Assembly: GCA_963651205.1 (NCBI GenBank)
Contig: CAVJPC010000118.1
Location: 1,756-65,755, forward strand
Source: Bacteroidaceae bacterium
Lineage (GTDB): Bacteria > Bacteroidota > Bacteroidia > Bacteroidales > Bacteroidaceae
Reading direction: 5' to 3'
Length of the DNA: 64,000 nt
Shown: piece after piece, positions 61,856-64,000 of the stretch
Layout: each line of letters starts with the position of its first letter
Position numbering within the stretch: the first letter of the stretch is position 1
Translations under genes and position numbers: made by a program
The notes under the pieces: model-generated
Databases searched by the model: none
Seen by the model: only the letters and a program-made list of their open reading frames with translations
Told to the model about the DNA's origin: nothing

Positions 61856-62635
61856 ATGAAAAAATATATTTTAGACCTTGTGGTCACACAGAATATTAAA
61901 TTGCATGCCAATTATGTTCTGATAAAATTGACTCATGCTGATCCCTTGCCCGAAATGTTGCCGGGGCAGTTTGCTGAGATACGTATTGACGGTTCTAATA
62001 CTACTTTTCTCCGCCGTCCTATTTCTATTAATTATGTAGACAAAATAACTAATGAAGTGTGGTTCCTTGTACAACTGGTCGGTGACGGTACTCGTAAATT
62101 AGCCACTGTGAGAGAAGGAGATATTGTAAATGTGGTAATGCCACTTGGCAACGGATTTACAATGCCCCAGGACGTTACAAAGGTAAAGCCCTTGCTGGTA
62201 GGCGGCGGTGTAGGTACTGCTCCCATGCTGATGCTTGGTGCAGAGTTGGTAAAAATGGGTTGTGAACCTACTTTTCTGTTAGGTGCGCGCTCATCCGGAG
62301 ATCTGTTACAGTTGGAATACTTTGAGAAATTAGGCGAAGTTTACACAACTACAGAAGATGGAAGTATGGGCGAGAAAGGTTATGTGACGCAGCATAGCAT
62401 CTTGAATACGGATCAGTTTGATAGGATATATACCTGCGGACCCAAACCTATGATGGTCTCGGTAGCCAAATATGCCAAAACCAATGAGATAGAGTGTGAA
62501 GTTTCATTGGAAAATATGATGGCTTGTGGTGTCGGTGCATGTTTATGCTGTGTGGAAAACACAGACGAAGGTCACCTGTGTGTTTGTAAAGAGGGTCCTG
62601 TATTTAATATAAAGAAACTATTATGGCAGATTTGA
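61856..62635 (+). CDS. pyrK: Dihydroorotate dehydrogenase electron-transfer subunit
   Basis: [39 protein letters not shown]. Confidence 0.95.
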   Translation: MKKYILDLVVTQNIKLHANYVLIKLTHADPLPEMLPGQFAEIRIDGSNTTFLRRPISINYVDKITNEVWFLVQLVGDGTRKLATVREGDIVNVVMPLGNGFTMPQDVTKVKPLLVGGGVGTAPMLMLGAELVKMGCEPTFLLGARSSGDLLQLEYFEKLGEVYTTTEDGSMGEKGYVTQHSILNTDQFDRIYTCGPKPMMVSVAKYAKTNEIECEVSLENMMACGVGACLCCVENTDEGHLCVCKEGPVFNIKKLLWQI

Positions 62636-63534
62636 GCGTAAATATCGGCGGTTTGAAGCTTTGTAATCCGGTTATGACAGCATCGGGTACATTTGGATAT
62701 GGAAAAGAGTTTGAGGACTTTGTAGACCTTGAAAAGATTGGTGGGATCATTGTAAAGGGGACTACTCTTTATCATCGTGAAGGAAATCCATATCCGCGTA
62801 TGGCAGAAACTCCTATGGGCATGCTTAATGCAGTAGGGTTGCAAAATAAAGGCGTAAATTACTTTGTTGAACACATCTATCCACAGATCAAAGATATCAA
62901 TACCCATATGATTGTCAATGTATCCGGATCTGCTGTGGAGGACTATGTAAAGACTGCCGAGATCATTAATGAATTGGATAAAATTCCCGCTATAGAGTTG
63001 AATATATCATGTCCCAATGTGAAGCAAGGTGGCATGGCTTTCGGTGTTTCAGCCTGCGGATGTTCCGAGGTTGTAAAGGCTGTGCGCAACGTATATAAAA
63101 AGACGCTGATCGTAAAACTATCTCCCAACGTAACCGACATCACTGAAATAGCACGTGCCGCTGAAGCTTCGGGTGCGGACAGTGTGTCTCTGATCAATAC
63201 CTTGTTGGGCATGGCTATCGATGCTGAAAAGCGCCGCCCCGTACTTTCTACCATAACCGGAGGTATGAGTGGAGCAGCTGTGAAACCAATCGCATTGCGT
63301 ATGGTTTGGCAAGTTGCTAAAGCGGTAAATATTCCTGTCATTGGATTAGGAGGTATCATGGATTGGAAAGATGCTGTAGAGTTTATGTTAGCAGGTGCCA
63401 CCGCTATACAGATAGGTACTGCCAACTTTATAGACCCTGCTATTACTGTCAAAGTTTCAGAAGGTATCAATGACTATTTGGAACGTCATGGGTACACATC
63501 TGTTAAAGATATAATAGGCGCTTTAGAAGTCTGA
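62623..63534 (+). CDS. pyrD: Dihydroorotate dehydrogenase family 1B catalytic subunit
   Basis: [31 protein letters not shown]. Confidence 0.96.
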   Translation: MADLSVNIGGLKLCNPVMTASGTFGYGKEFEDFVDLEKIGGIIVKGTTLYHREGNPYPRMAETPMGMLNAVGLQNKGVNYFVEHIYPQIKDINTHMIVNVSGSAVEDYVKTAEIINELDKIPAIELNISCPNVKQGGMAFGVSACGCSEVVKAVRNVYKKTLIVKLSPNVTDITEIARAAEASGADSVSLINTLLGMAIDAEKRRPVLSTITGGMSGAAVKPIALRMVWQVAKAVNIPVIGLGGIMDWKDAVEFMLAGATAIQIGTANFIDPAITVKVSEGINDYLERHGYTSVKDIIGALEV

Positions 63535-63556
63535 TAATTTTATCTTTTAGAATAGA

Positions 63557-63613
63557 GCCCTGCAAGAGCGGAAATAAATATTCCGAAAGCTTCTTGCAGG
63601 GCTTTTTATTTTT
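63557..63613 (+). terminator. Rho-independent terminator after pyrD
   Basis: GCCCTGCAAGA...TCTTGCAGGGC followed by TTTTTATTTTTT. Confidence 0.7.
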
Positions 63614-63897
63614 TCCACCTCTCGCAGAAGCTACAGGGAAAATAGTTGTGTTTGCAACTTCTTACAGGGGTATAAAATGATAACTTCAACTATTTTTTTC
63701 GATGAAATGGTTCATTTTTGAAGAAACAAAATAGATAATTACTTCAAAAAGGCTTGTCAATGACTGAATGAAGATAGAAGGGATATATTTTCTAATTGAG
63801 GTTAAAGCATAACTTCATGCTCAATAGAGACAAAAGAAAAGAGGTAAAAGACAATCGTGAACTTGGCTTTTACCTCTTTTTAATTTATATATAAATT

Positions 63898-64000
63898 TTA
63901 TTTCAGCAAATCAGGTCTTAACCGCTGTGTTCTCTCTAATGACTGCTGAAGTTCCCATTCTTTAATCTTTGCTTCGTGTCCGGATAACAACACATCAGGG
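63898..64000 (-). CDS. trmD: 3' end of tRNA (guanine-N1)-methyltransferase
   Basis: Manual translation [33 protein letters not shown], typical TrmD C-terminus. Confidence 0.85.

Overview
Core-chromosome window from a Bacteroidaceae (Bacteroides/Phocaeicola-like) genome, judged from gene content and TAnnTTTG promoter boxes. It holds about 50 mostly housekeeping genes: ppdK, rlmD, yidC, pyrG, glyA, pyrBI, PBP1A, tal, a TetR-TolC-HlyD-ABC efflux operon, kdsB, glgB, proS, amn, holA, pyrKD and partial trmD. I found no rRNA, tRNA, CRISPR array, integrase or transposase. The notable signal is intergenic. Eight clusters of 23-nt GTAG-type REP hairpins (GTAG-GGGCRG-N7-CYGCCC) are interleaved with an 18-nt motif, CATAGCCGTCAAGCTAAG, that resembles IS231-group (IS4 family) terminal inverted repeats. 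At 8 junctions this motif abuts a REP at the same position, just after the central 11 bp of the hairpin. Pairs of these ends enclose REP doublets. This suggests a non-autonomous, REP-targeting MITE that carries its own target sites and nests in itself. Other leads are a candidate GUGA-hairpin sRNA, a 21-bp-period palindromic array, operator-like palindromes upstream of an XRE gene, and several enzymes with degenerate catalytic motifs. All product calls come from motif recognition; no database search was run.
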